From: Verrucomicrobiota bacterium
GTDB taxonomy: Bacteria > Verrucomicrobiota > Verrucomicrobiia > Opitutales > Cerasicoccaceae
Length of the DNA: 64,000 nucleotides
Direction of reading: 5' to 3'
Assembly: GCA_039818205.1 (NCBI GenBank)
Contig: JBCBUK010000003.1
Location: 32,001 to 96,000, forward strand
In this document: positions 1-10,294 of the stretch, piece by piece
Layout of the letters: every line of letters begins with the position of its first letter
Numbering within the stretch: position 1 is the stretch's first letter
Notes under the pieces: model-generated
Databases searched by the model: none
Told to the model about the DNA's origin: nothing
What the model saw: only the letters and a program-made list of their open reading frames with translations
Translations under genes and position numbers: made by a program

Positions 1-1326
1 TCCGCATATACCGAGTATTCCGCCACTGCTCACGAACGCCATCTCGAGATGGAGGAATACTTCGAGGACCACGCAGATATGACTCTGCCTGAAAGTTTCG
101 ATGCCTGGTGGAACTATCGGTACATGCTTGGGGACGGAGCCGTCCGTGATGATCTAGCCCGTGAGGGCATAACCGTCTCCATGAAATTCGTTACCGATAG
201 TCTCGGAAACGTATCTGGTGGACGAGACCAGGGTTTCACCTACACTGGATCGCTCGGCTTTGATGCGGAGGCTAGTTTGGAAAAACTCATTGGATTTAAA
301 GGGTCCGACTTTTATGTGTCGGCCGTTTGGCGGTCTGGTTCAAGTCTGTCAAATAAGTATATCGGCAACGTTTTCCAAACGCAGCAGGTCTTCGGCGGAC
401 AGAATTTGCGCTTATATGCCTTCAACTTGCGGCAGCGATTTATGGATGACCAGTTGGTGTTCCGGATTGGGCGGATTGCGCAAGGTGACGAGTTCTTGTC
501 CCGGCCTATTTATTGGAGCTATGTGCAGAATGCCTTCGATGGAAACCCGGTTTCTATCTTTCTAAACTCACCCGTTTATGCCTATCCGAATTCAACTTGG
601 GGCGCGTTTGTTCGCTTCAAGTCGAACAAGGATCCGTTCTACATCCAAGGGGGCGTCTATGGTGGTCGCAAGAGTCCACCGCAAAATCGAAACAGTGCAC
701 ACGGCTTGGACTGGAGCTTTGACTATGAGGACGCCTATTTTATCGCCCAGGGCGGTTGGACGCCCGAGCTGGAGATTGGCGGGCAGTCGGGTTTGGCAGG
801 AAATTATTCAATGGGTGGCTACTATGTGACCGGAGATCACGAGAAGCTGCTGCAGCCCGCGACTGTGGCGGGTGTCCCGCGCCGGGTCCGCATCAAAGAG
901 GGTTTGTGGGGCTTGTATTGGATGGTCGATCAGATGGTCTATTCCAATGGCGTGAATTCCAAGGGGGCGAAGACGGGAATAACGCCTTGGTTTGTCGTGA
1001 GTCTTGCGCCCGACGAGGAGGTCAACCGTATGCCGTTTTCCTTCTATGGCGGTGTGCGATTCGATGCAGTGATCCCAAGCCGGCGGGATGACTTCCTGGC
1101 TCTGGGTTATGTCTACGGAAAATTTAGCGACGACCTGAATCAGTCACAGGCTCGTTCGGGAATACCGGCGCAAAACTTCGAGTCAGTGATCGAACTCACC
1201 TATATGATCCAGCTCAATCAGTGGCTTACTTTTCAGCCGGATATTCAATACATCATCAACCCTGGTGCCGCAGGGCGCTACGGTGATGCTGTTGTGCTGG
1301 GTTTCCAGTCCTCGGTGGAGTTCTAA
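1..1326 (+). CDS. Carbohydrate-selective porin, OprB family (5' end probably outside the window)
   Basis: Frame is open from base 1. OprB-like motifs (GNVSGG, YP.STWG, ESVIELTY, QPDIQYIINPG) and a C-terminal Phe typical of outer-membrane beta-barrels. Confidence 0.85.
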   Translation, partial: SAYTEYSATAHERHLEMEEYFEDHADMTLPESFDAWWNYRYMLGDGAVRDDLAREGITVSMKFVTDSLGNVSGGRDQGFTYTGSLGFDAEASLEKLIGFKGSDFYVSAVWRSGSSLSNKYIGNVFQTQQVFGGQNLRLYAFNLRQRFMDDQLVFRIGRIAQGDEFLSRPIYWSYVQNAFDGNPVSIFLNSPVYAYPNSTWGAFVRFKSNKDPFYIQGGVYGGRKSPPQNRNSAHGLDWSFDYEDAYFIAQGGWTPELEIGGQSGLAGNYSMGGYYVTGDHEKLLQPATVAGVPRRVRIKEGLWGLYWMVDQMVYSNGVNSKGAKTGITPWFVVSLAPDEEVNRMPFSFYGGVRFDAVIPSRRDDFLALGYVYGKFSDDLNQSQARSGIPAQNFESVIELTYMIQLNQWLTFQPDIQYIINPGAAGRYGDAVVLGFQSSVEF

Positions 1327-1341
1327 TTGCCTGGCAGACGC

Positions 1342-2520
1342 TTACTCGTTTTCTTTAGCCCATCTTTTGTAGGCGTCAGACTCGACGAATTTTGCGTAGC
1401 TCGGGTCTTCCTCGAACTCGTAGTCATCGAAAGTAACAAAGTATTTATCGCCGATGATTTTGAGAGTCGCAACGGCATCGTCAAACTTGCCACCAGCGAT
1501 TTGGGATTCGCCGAGTGAGAAGTAGGCGTCGGAATAGTCGGGTTCAATCGCGATAGCGTTTTGGGCGCTCTTGATGGCGCCATCATAATCTTTCATTACC
1601 ATGCGAGTGTTGGTTTCGAGTGTCAGCAGGGCGGCATCCGGAACGCCACCGGAATACTTTTCAATCTGATTAAGGCATTTGAGGACGGAGTCGTAGTCCT
1701 CTTCAGCGAAGTAGACGTCCAACATCATCAAGGCCATTCCGGGCTCGTTACCAAAAAACTGCTTCAGGTCCTTGAGGGCTTTGGGGTATAGTTCGCCCTC
1801 CATATCGAGGGTGCCAATCTGGTAAGCCGCCAGGCAGGCACTCTTCTGGGAGCGAACCGTGTCATTGGCTTTCATGTATTTCTTTGTGAACGCATCGTAG
1901 TCGCCGGATCGTGCGTCATTGAGTAGGTCGACAAGGAGGTTTGCATTTTTGCCAAGGCCTTTTTCCTGACCCAGCAGCATCTTCGTTACCGACTGGTTGG
2001 GCGTGGCAAATGCGGCTAGATTACGAATGCTGGTCGTGTAGGGCTCGCCAGCATGCAGTTGATACATGTCGACGATTTTCAGCTTGCCGGCTTTATTCGG
2101 GCGAATGAACAAGTCGAGGTAGTTAAGGCCAGAGTCGCCGTCGATGCGGACTAGGGCATTGTAGCCTTTGCCAAACTTGCGCCAGCGGATGAGCTTGGCT
2201 GTGCTGTCGGCCGGGAAGTTGGCCAAGAACATTTCGCCGAAATCTTCCTGGGACTGGAGGAAGCCGACTTTGAAACCCCTGCGAAATCCATCACCTTCGG
2301 GAAGACCGTCGAGAGCGGTGTCGATGATTGCTTCGAGATCGATGTCTTCATGGATGGTCTCGCTATTGCCGTAGTTGAAGCTATCAACGAAATTCTCACT
2401 GACCGCGAGGTATTCGGCAGAGGGCTCGGAGACCTTGTCCTCGTCGGCCATTGCTGACAGCTGGCCAAGGATAATCGAGAGGGCGAGGAAAAGGAATGGG
2501 CGTGGGTTGAGTGTATTCAT
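1342..2520 (-). CDS. Exported TPR-containing protein
   Basis: Signal-peptide-like N-terminus from ATG 2520 (MNTLNPRPFLFLALSIILG). C-terminal TPR (AIKSAQNAIAIEPDYSDAYFSLG). Confidence 0.7.
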   Translation of the reverse strand: MNTLNPRPFLFLALSIILGQLSAMADEDKVSEPSAEYLAVSENFVDSFNYGNSETIHEDIDLEAIIDTALDGLPEGDGFRRGFKVGFLQSQEDFGEMFLANFPADSTAKLIRWRKFGKGYNALVRIDGDSGLNYLDLFIRPNKAGKLKIVDMYQLHAGEPYTTSIRNLAAFATPNQSVTKMLLGQEKGLGKNANLLVDLLNDARSGDYDAFTKKYMKANDTVRSQKSACLAAYQIGTLDMEGELYPKALKDLKQFFGNEPGMALMMLDVYFAEEDYDSVLKCLNQIEKYSGGVPDAALLTLETNTRMVMKDYDGAIKSAQNAIAIEPDYSDAYFSLGESQIAGGKFDDAVATLKIIGDKYFVTFDDYEFEEDPSYAKFVESDAYKRWAKENE

Positions 2521-2620
2521 GGTAGATACCGGAATTTCAGATTCTTTAAGACGCTGTATCAAGGTTGAAATTGTCGGTAACCCTATTTAGTAGACCGAGT
2601 CATTGACGCTGGTTGGGGAC

Positions 2621-2648
2621 AAAAAAAGCGCCCCTAAGTAGGGGCGCC
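2621..2648 (-). terminator. Intrinsic terminator of glnII
   Basis: GCGCCCCT-aagt-AGGGGCGC hairpin with A7 on the + strand (U-tract on minus), just downstream of the glnII stop. Confidence 0.85.
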
Positions 2649-2675
2649 GGAAAAGAGTCAACTGTCGCTGAGGTC

Positions 2676-3698
<1,023 letters not shown>

Positions 3699-3793
3699 AG
3701 TGTGTGTTTTTGTTTTAAGATATGGCAGTGAAGCCGCCCGGAAGAACGGCGGGTCCTGACTATCGGGTTTTTAGATGAAAAGGCACGCAGAAA

Positions 3794-3810
3794 AGCACCT
3801 CATGTGCCAA
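3794..3810 (-). promoter_or_regulatory. Sigma-54 (-24/-12) promoter of glnII
   Basis: Minus strand reads TTGGCACATGAGGTGCT, with TGGCAC and exact GG-N10-GC spacing, about 95 bp upstream of the glnII start. Confidence 0.75.
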
Positions 3811-4044
3811 ATAAGTAATTTTTCCAGATCGTAGCGCCATATTGCCACACTTTGACTAAAATTGCACAGCAATCATGCGGTCTATGAATGAAATTCATCA
3901 ACAGACTTAGCCAAACGCTCCAAATTGGCAATTCCTGAACGATTCTCAAAGGGGGGCAAACGATTGTGACGGGACTTTTGAGTTCCTATATAGGCCAATC
4001 AGATGTATGCAGTTCGCCTAATCTTTGCATCTCAATCTGTGACT

Positions 4045-4533
4045 ATGAAAAAAAACTCGTCCGAGCCATCCGATGAGAAATCTCAACGTTCTTCTTCGAA
4101 AAAGTTAATTTTTTGGAGATGGTTTTGGCTAGGCTTCCTCGCCATATCGCTGGGGTATGCGTGGCATTCGTTTTATGTTCCGCCTTACGAAATGGATTGG
4201 GTCGAGGACGTGACCGCAGCCAACGATTTGGCGACCAAATCGGACAAAAATGTCATGCTCTTTTTCACGGCGAAATGGTGCGCGCCCTGCCGTATTATGA
4301 AGCGGGAGGTATTTGCTGACGATGAAGTGCAGAGCTTGATCAGAGCGGAGATCGTTCCGGTCATGATCTACACTGATTCTCCTGGAGGGGAGGACCTGAT
4401 TGATCAGTATCGAATTGGAACGACACCGGTCACCATATTTACCGACGGCCAAGGCAATGTCCTCGACTACGCGGTTGGCGGTGTAAGCAAGCCGGATTTT
4501 TTGGCGTTGCTGGGCCGGGTCGCGGCTCGTTGA
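4045..4533 (+). CDS. Membrane-anchored thioredoxin-family protein
   Basis: N-terminal TM segment followed by the WCAPC active site. Start is either 4003 or 4045. Confidence 0.8.
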   Translation: MKKNSSEPSDEKSQRSSSKKLIFWRWFWLGFLAISLGYAWHSFYVPPYEMDWVEDVTAANDLATKSDKNVMLFFTAKWCAPCRIMKREVFADDEVQSLIRAEIVPVMIYTDSPGGEDLIDQYRIGTTPVTIFTDGQGNVLDYAVGGVSKPDFLALLGRVAAR

Positions 4534-4541
4534 TATCTGGA

Positions 4542-5345
4542 CTAGTGGGTGGAGAGCTCGTATTCCTCGCCAACACCGGAGGCGGGGTCGAATACGTCGA
4601 TGCGAAGGTTGTGGCAACCGTTGCGCAGTGGCGCGAATTGCTGATCGACGAGTTCCGGAGAGTTACAGTCCTTGCTCAAGTGGGCGAGGCAGACTTGGCG
4701 CCAACGAGGGCGTTCAGCTTGTGCTAAAAACTCAAAGGCCGCGTCGTTTGAGAGGTGCCCGTGACGGCCACGAATCCGCTGTTTCGTGCTCCAAGGCCGT
4801 TTTTCGCATTGCTCGAGGAGCTCTAGGTCGTGATTTGCCTCCAATACTAAAAGGTCGCAATCCCGAACCTTTTCCTGAACGAGGTTAGAGGCGTAGCCGA
4901 GGTCCGTTAGCCAAGCGACTTTTCGGTAGGGGTTGAACAGGCTTCCATCGCCCGACTCAAATACATAGCCAACGGGATCGTGGGCGTCATGCGGTATCGA
5001 GAACGGCGAGATTTGCAGGTCGGCAAATTGAAAATTTCGCCCGGTCTCGAATAGGCCCCACCTAACTTGGCGATTTAATTTGGACTGGGCGGCGCGGGCC
5101 GTATCCCGGTTGGCAAAGACTTTGACCTTGGGTAAGCGGCTAATTGCTTTGAGCCCGGCGGTGTGGTCGCCGTGTTCATGGGTGATGAAAACGGCATCGA
5201 TAGAATCCAGACTCTCGCCAACAGAAGACAGCATTTCACGCAGTCGCCGCCCGGAGAATCCGGCGTCAACGAGCACCTTACAATGCGGCGTGGTCAGGAG
5301 TGCCGCGTTCCCCGAACTACTGCTGCCCAGAATGCGGAAACGCAT
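4542..5345 (-). CDS. MBL-fold metallo-hydrolase (YycJ/WalJ-like)
   Basis: LGSSSSGN, THEHGDH, PHDA, TDLG, LEANHD, GHLSN, LAHLS. Confidence 0.88.
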   Translation of the reverse strand: MRFRILGSSSSGNAALLTTPHCKVLVDAGFSGRRLREMLSSVGESLDSIDAVFITHEHGDHTAGLKAISRLPKVKVFANRDTARAAQSKLNRQVRWGLFETGRNFQFADLQISPFSIPHDAHDPVGYVFESGDGSLFNPYRKVAWLTDLGYASNLVQEKVRDCDLLVLEANHDLELLEQCEKRPWSTKQRIRGRHGHLSNDAAFEFLAQAERPRWRQVCLAHLSKDCNSPELVDQQFAPLRNGCHNLRIDVFDPASGVGEEYELSTH

Positions 5346-5606
5346 GGATGGAGCATGGAGTTGCGTTGATTCCGATCAAGCAAGAATCTCTTGGTAGGGT
5401 GGAATAATTTCTGCACGGCGGCGCGGATTGGAGGCGCTCAATTGCGATTCGTGGCGCAAATTATCAAAATTTATGCGCTGGGTCGCCTAGATTTTTTGAA
5501 TGCGTCTTGGTATCCTTTCGGTGCTATGGGGTAAATTGGATTAATCCAATCTTAGTCTATTGGTAACTGAAGTATTCTAGGGGGGTATCTCGGGATGAGA
5601 TACCGG

Positions 5607-5637
5607 AAAAAACCGCCGGGTGTAGCCCGGCGGTTTT
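5607..5637. terminator. Intrinsic terminator downstream of the nitroreductase (potentially bidirectional)
   Basis: AAAACCGCCGGG-tgtag-CCCGGCGGTTTT perfect hairpin with A and T tracts on both sides. Confidence 0.85.
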
Positions 5638-5672
5638 ACTTTGTGCAATTGTTTTCCAGTAGCCGGGTTTCC

Positions 5673-6275
5673 CTAGAAGGAGTTCTCGATCACGACTTCG
5701 TCGTATGGCAATTGACCGGGCTTCGGCCATGGGTCTTTGGTACCTTTACCAACGGCGATCATGAAGGAGATGACGTGGTCGCTTGGCAGATTGATAATCT
5801 CCGCGACTTTTTCAAAATCGAAGCCATCCATTGGGCAGGATTCATAACCCATGGCTTTGGCGGCGAGCATGATGGTATTTCCCGCTAGGCCGCAACTACG
5901 CATGCATTCGTCGCGCTGGACCTGGTCCTTGCCGTTGTAGTAGTCGTGGATGGCCGGAAGCATGAATTCTTGGACTGCCGATGGGGCATCTTTCCAATAG
6001 CGAACCGGTTGTTTCTCCCATGCTTTGGTATCAGCGCACATGATGATCAGCAGCGAGGCGTCCGTTACCTGAGCCTGGTCCCAGGCGACGTCCCGAATCT
6101 TTTGACGAACCTCGGGGTCTTTGACGACCAGGAAGCGCCAATGTTGGAGGTTGAAGGCAGTTGGAGCCTGCATAGCGGCGGTCATCAGCTGCTTCTCTTC
6201 TTCCTCGGTGAGGCGGTGTTCTGGGTCGTAGTGCTTTACGGCACGGCGGGTATTGATCGCGTCTAGAGTATTCAT
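5673..6275 (-). CDS. Nitroreductase family protein
   Basis: RRAVKHY, APTAFNLQHWRF, GYESCPMDGFD. Confidence 0.9.
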   Translation of the reverse strand: MNTLDAINTRRAVKHYDPEHRLTEEEEKQLMTAAMQAPTAFNLQHWRFLVVKDPEVRQKIRDVAWDQAQVTDASLLIIMCADTKAWEKQPVRYWKDAPSAVQEFMLPAIHDYYNGKDQVQRDECMRSCGLAGNTIMLAAKAMGYESCPMDGFDFEKVAEIINLPSDHVISFMIAVGKGTKDPWPKPGQLPYDEVVIENSF

Positions 6276-6363
6276 GAAGGTTAGCTAAATTCGATTTATC
6301 TCGACGTCAAGTTATTGGGTTAATGTTTGTGTTACTTTCTTGTGAGCAGCGGATCTACCGACA

Positions 6364-6395
6364 AAAGAATGCTCAGCGGTTGCTGAGCATTCTTT
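6364..6395 (-). terminator. Intrinsic terminator of the carbonic anhydrase gene
   Basis: 14-bp perfect stem AAAGAATGCTCAGC-ggtt-GCTGAGCATTCTTT. Confidence 0.75.
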
Positions 6396-6454
6396 CAATT
6401 ACTGACTTCGAACCGAACGAAGAGATCAGTTGAAACGCTGGCGAGATCCAATAG

Positions 6455-7135
6455 TTACTTAACGATGGTTACAGCGCCGTCATCGAGGGAGTACATTGTG
6501 CCGACGATCATGATATCACCGTTCTTCTCCATTTCGGCGATGATTGGGCTGATCTCCCGAATGTCGTCGATGGTGTTGAGGACATTGGCCCGGATCACTG
6601 CATCGACGTATTTTGCGTTCTTCGAGGAGCGACTACCGTACTCGGTGCCGACGGATTCGATGGCTGGGTCAATCTTGTCCAAAAGCTGGGTCAAGTTGCC
6701 GAGCTCAACATCATCGATGGCACCTTTGACGGCACCGCAGGATTCGTGGCCCATGACCATGATCAGCTTGGAGCCTGCGACTTTGGTGGCAAATTCAAGG
6801 CTGCCCACCATGTCCCTGTCTTCAACGTTGCCAGCGACCCGGCCGACGAAAATGTCACCGATACCCTGGTCAAACACCAGCTCGACAGGAACTCGTGAGT
6901 CCAAGCAGGACACGACCACGGCAATGGGGTATTGTCCGGTGGATGTTTCTTCGGCTTCGTTCAACAAGTCGCGATGCGTTCCATGACCGTTTTGAAAGCG
7001 TTCATTGCCCTCCATCAGTTCTTCGAGAACTTGGGCTGGCGTCATTGACTTCTGTTCTCCAAGAGAACGGGCGTGTGCTTGGGTAGCGACGCCGGCAATT
7101 AAAGTTACTATAGCTAGGATGGTGAGTTTTTTCAT
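6455..7135 (-). CDS. Beta-class carbonic anhydrase with signal peptide
   Basis: Zn ligands CLDSR and GHESCGA, plus GNERF and RVAGN. Sec signal from MKKLTILAIV at 7135. Confidence 0.92.
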   Translation of the reverse strand: MKKLTILAIVTLIAGVATQAHARSLGEQKSMTPAQVLEELMEGNERFQNGHGTHRDLLNEAEETSTGQYPIAVVVSCLDSRVPVELVFDQGIGDIFVGRVAGNVEDRDMVGSLEFATKVAGSKLIMVMGHESCGAVKGAIDDVELGNLTQLLDKIDPAIESVGTEYGSRSSKNAKYVDAVIRANVLNTIDDIREISPIIAEMEKNGDIMIVGTMYSLDDGAVTIVK

Positions 7136-7309
7136 ATCGCGGTAAGAAAAAACGGAAATCACGGAGTCTCAACCGGTCGCACGCGATTTTAAGATTTGTC
7201 TGCTACCGTTTGCGATAGTTAACAAATTGGAATAGGTCGACGCAGATTGCCGGATCTCGGGAGATTCGGATAACTCTTGGCTTCACGGCGAGTCAACAAC
7301 CACGCGAGA

Positions 7310-8656
7310 CTAGCTAGTCTGCTCTTGCTCCTTCTTTTCGGCGCGCCCGGCGATTGCAAGAAAGGTGCCTCCCACGATGAAGAGCAGGGCGACGGAGCTC
7401 ATGCCGAGGCGAGTCGAAAACGTTGGGTCTTCTGGGTTGTTGAAAACTCGGGCGACGGTTCCAGCCAGGGCGGGACCCATCACGGCCGCGCTCTTGCCGA
7501 TCATGCTATAGAAACCAAAGAAGGAGACTTCGCGTCCGGCTGGGATCAGGGTCGTAAAGTAACTGCGTGAAAGCGCCTGGGTACCTCCTTGGACCATCCC
7601 GATTAAAGCCGCGAGTATGAACATTTCCGATAGCTCGAATCCAAAGATGTAAACAGGTTTGGTGCTGAGGAATGCGCCGTAGGTGGTCACGCACATGTAA
7701 AGAACGATTGCGACAAAGATGATTCGGCGGGGTCCAAATTTCCCTCCAAGCCAACCGAACAGGATCGCACAGGGGACCCCAAAAACCTGAACGATAAAAA
7801 AGGCGGAAATGATTTGGCTGTCAGTGAAGCCGATCGTCGTTCCGTAGTTCGAAGCGGTCATAATGATCGTGTTGACGCCGTCGATGTAGAACAGATAGGC
7901 CACGAGGAACCACACTATTCCCTGATAGCCGAGGATCTCCTTCAGCGTTTGCCACGTGTCTTTGGCGCCGATCACGATCATCGCGCCCAGCGGCGGCCGG
8001 TCCGGACGCGGTTTCTCTTTGATGTTCAGCGCCAGCGGTATGGTGAACGCGGCCCACCAAAATGCTGCGACCAGAAACATCAAACGGCTACCTGCTAAGG
8101 CGTCATCGAGGCCTAGGCTCGCGTATTTTGTCGTCGCAAAAAGAGTGATCAATAGCAGGACGAATCCAGCGGCATAACCGAATGAGAATCCAAGTCCGCT
8201 AACGAAGTGCCGCTTCTCGGGCGTCGACACCGTCGCGAGCATGGAATCGAAAAAGATGTTGCTGGAGTAAAAGCCGATCGTGCCAACGATGTAGATCAAG
8301 CTGGCGAGCATGTATTGGCCTTCGCTCACGAAATAGCAACCTGCCGTCGCAATGATTCCAATTGCGGCGAAGTTGATCAGGAGCTTTTTGCGTAAGCCAC
8401 CAAGCTCGCCAATGCTTCCGAGAAAAGGCGCCAGCACGGCGACGCTAAAACTCGCGATGGCAACCGTCATGTTGAACCAAAACGTTTGGCGATCGTCCGT
8501 CAGGTGGGATCCAAAGAAGCTGTTGTAGAGCCGCGGAAAGATGAGTGCGAGGACGACCATCGCGTAGCCCGTGTTTGCCCAGTCATAGAAAGCCCAGGAA
8601 ATGGTTTCCTTGAGCTTGGGTTGGCGTGGTTTCGAGCTTAGTGGCGCGTCACTCAT
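7310..8656 (-). CDS. MFS transporter, UMF1/Atg22-like family
   Basis: SWAFYDWAN, YLFYIDG, GGTQALSRS, FFGFY; about 12 TM segments. Confidence 0.88.
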   Translation of the reverse strand: MSDAPLSSKPRQPKLKETISWAFYDWANTGYAMVVLALIFPRLYNSFFGSHLTDDRQTFWFNMTVAIASFSVAVLAPFLGSIGELGGLRKKLLINFAAIGIIATAGCYFVSEGQYMLASLIYIVGTIGFYSSNIFFDSMLATVSTPEKRHFVSGLGFSFGYAAGFVLLLITLFATTKYASLGLDDALAGSRLMFLVAAFWWAAFTIPLALNIKEKPRPDRPPLGAMIVIGAKDTWQTLKEILGYQGIVWFLVAYLFYIDGVNTIIMTASNYGTTIGFTDSQIISAFFIVQVFGVPCAILFGWLGGKFGPRRIIFVAIVLYMCVTTYGAFLSTKPVYIFGFELSEMFILAALIGMVQGGTQALSRSYFTTLIPAGREVSFFGFYSMIGKSAAVMGPALAGTVARVFNNPEDPTFSTRLGMSSVALLFIVGGTFLAIAGRAEKKEQEQTS

Positions 8657-8740
8657 AGGTGCAGATGGGAGCGATGCTGACGCAGGCTACTCGTGGTCGC
8701 CAGCTTAAAACCAAGGTCTCGATCGGCATTACTTGGGGCG

Positions 8741-9427
8741 TCAAAGCTCCTCTTCTTCGATGATTTCGACACCCTTTTCTGCGATTGTTAGTCCGACCAG
8801 TCGGCCAATGAAAACCGCAACATACAAGACCCCAGATAGTGCGGTCATGATTGCAACAATTCGCGCGGAGTTGCTGACCGGAACAATGTCTCCATAGCCC
8901 AGCGTGGTGAGCGTGACAAAGCTGAAGTAGAGGAAGTCGACTGGAGTGCTGACACCGTTTTGGTCAAAGCCATTGCTGATCTGAATGCTGCCCGGTTGCG
9001 CCATTTCAATGAAGGCGAATACGACCGCCCAATTGACCCCCATGAGCAGGTAGACCGCGATGCCGCCGCAGACGACGTCGTCGTCAATCACCTTGGCTCG
9101 CAACACCGATTTCAAAATTGATACGTTAATGAAGACGTAAAAGGTGAGCTGAAAGGGCAGGGCATAAATGTAGTCGAACTGCCCAATAGTCGCTGCGGCA
9201 CCAACCGCATAGCCCACCACTCCGAGAATAGCCGCAACGATGAGCGTGCGCCGGTGAAACGCGACTGCGCGTAAGCTGAGCACAAGCGTGACGATTGTCA
9301 GAAAGCCCAAGATGGAGTGGCCCCAGTCATCTTCTGCCAGAATCGGTAGGACAAAGATCATTCCCATGAGCGCGCATAGCAACATGAAGTAGGCATGCTT
9401 TCGGGGCTTTCGCGCTTGTTCCATCAT
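8741..9427 (-). CDS. Potassium channel family protein (Ion_trans_2)
   Basis: Selectivity filter YFSFVTLTTLGYGDIVP in a multi-TM protein. Confidence 0.88.
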   Translation of the reverse strand: MMEQARKPRKHAYFMLLCALMGMIFVLPILAEDDWGHSILGFLTIVTLVLSLRAVAFHRRTLIVAAILGVVGYAVGAAATIGQFDYIYALPFQLTFYVFINVSILKSVLRAKVIDDDVVCGGIAVYLLMGVNWAVVFAFIEMAQPGSIQISNGFDQNGVSTPVDFLYFSFVTLTTLGYGDIVPVSNSARIVAIMTALSGVLYVAVFIGRLVGLTIAEKGVEIIEEEEL

Positions 9428-10218
9428 CGTGGTAACAGTTCTATGTGCTGATCGAGGCGCAGATCAAGCAAGGTCTTCGCGCAGCCGCCGTTGACCGCGA
9501 TTTCCAGGTGCCCACCACTTCCAATATAGGCCACGGGCTGCCCATGAGGGACATCGCCAAATGTCCGGCCAATTACAACGTGCCTTGGGTGTAGTGATAC
9601 CACCATTTCTGCGAGGTCATAGCGCGGGGACAATTCACGCTCGTGAAGGTTAGTGATCGCATTGCCGTAGTGGTCAATGTAGAGGATTTGTCCGTACGCT
9701 GATTTGGATTCGTAGCTTGGGATCGGCCAGTCGGTAGGGTCGAGCTGGGGATGGGCCGGGCCCACCTGGTCAAGATTGGCCAGCCCTGCCGCAAGGCGGG
9801 CTCCAACCGGTGCAAAGATATCGCGCCCGTGGAAGGTGTGGGAGACGCATTCGCGAAACAGCGTGGCATTGGTGATATCATGACACTGAATGACTGCGTT
9901 GCCCAACCATCCAAACAAGCCGTTGTCGGGACCGACAAAGAATCGGCCATCGGCTTCCAGCGCGATCGGAGGTCGATCCGTTCCCACGCCTGGGTCCACG
10001 ACCACGACGAAAACTGTACCGGTTGGAAATTCCCGCCAGCACTGGCTCAAAATGAATGCCGCGGAGCGAATGTCGCCGGGATTGATTGTATGGCAAATGT
10101 CCACGATCGGCAGTGATGCATCGATCGAGAGTGCCACGGCTTTCATGGCCGCGACATACCAATCTCGGTCTCCGAAATCTGTGAGTAAAGCGAGCGTGTC
10201 TTTAGGAAAAAACCGCAA
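9424..10218 (-). CDS. SAM hydrolase / SAM-dependent halogenase family (DUF62)
   Basis: LLTDFG, VVDPGVGTDR, GPDNG, TFHGRDIFAP, IDHYGN, LEIAVN. TTG start; overlaps the channel gene by 4 bp. Confidence 0.92.
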   Translation of the reverse strand: MRFFPKDTLALLTDFGDRDWYVAAMKAVALSIDASLPIVDICHTINPGDIRSAAFILSQCWREFPTGTVFVVVVDPGVGTDRPPIALEADGRFFVGPDNGLFGWLGNAVIQCHDITNATLFRECVSHTFHGRDIFAPVGARLAAGLANLDQVGPAHPQLDPTDWPIPSYESKSAYGQILYIDHYGNAITNLHERELSPRYDLAEMVVSLHPRHVVIGRTFGDVPHGQPVAYIGSGGHLEIAVNGGCAKTLLDLRLDQHIELLPR

Positions 10219-10294
10219 CCGGTTGGAGTCAAGGCCTTCGGAGCGCTATCGGAATGCAATCGACAAAGCTCAGATGTTCGACTACGTCGTTTTC

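Noticed and set aside
3699..3783. Glutamine riboswitch in the glnII leader
   Set aside because: Only a short CCGCC/GGCGG stem is present. The conserved glnA-motif sequence elements are not recognisable.
9424..10218. Fluorinase/chlorinase biosynthetic cluster
   Set aside because: Motifs and length fit the widespread DUF62 hydrolase, and no halometabolite pathway genes are nearby.
9890..10294. N-terminal 135 aa of the 652-aa ORF
   Set aside because: Overlaps the well-supported DUF62 gene on the opposite strand. A signal-like sequence begins only at 10295.
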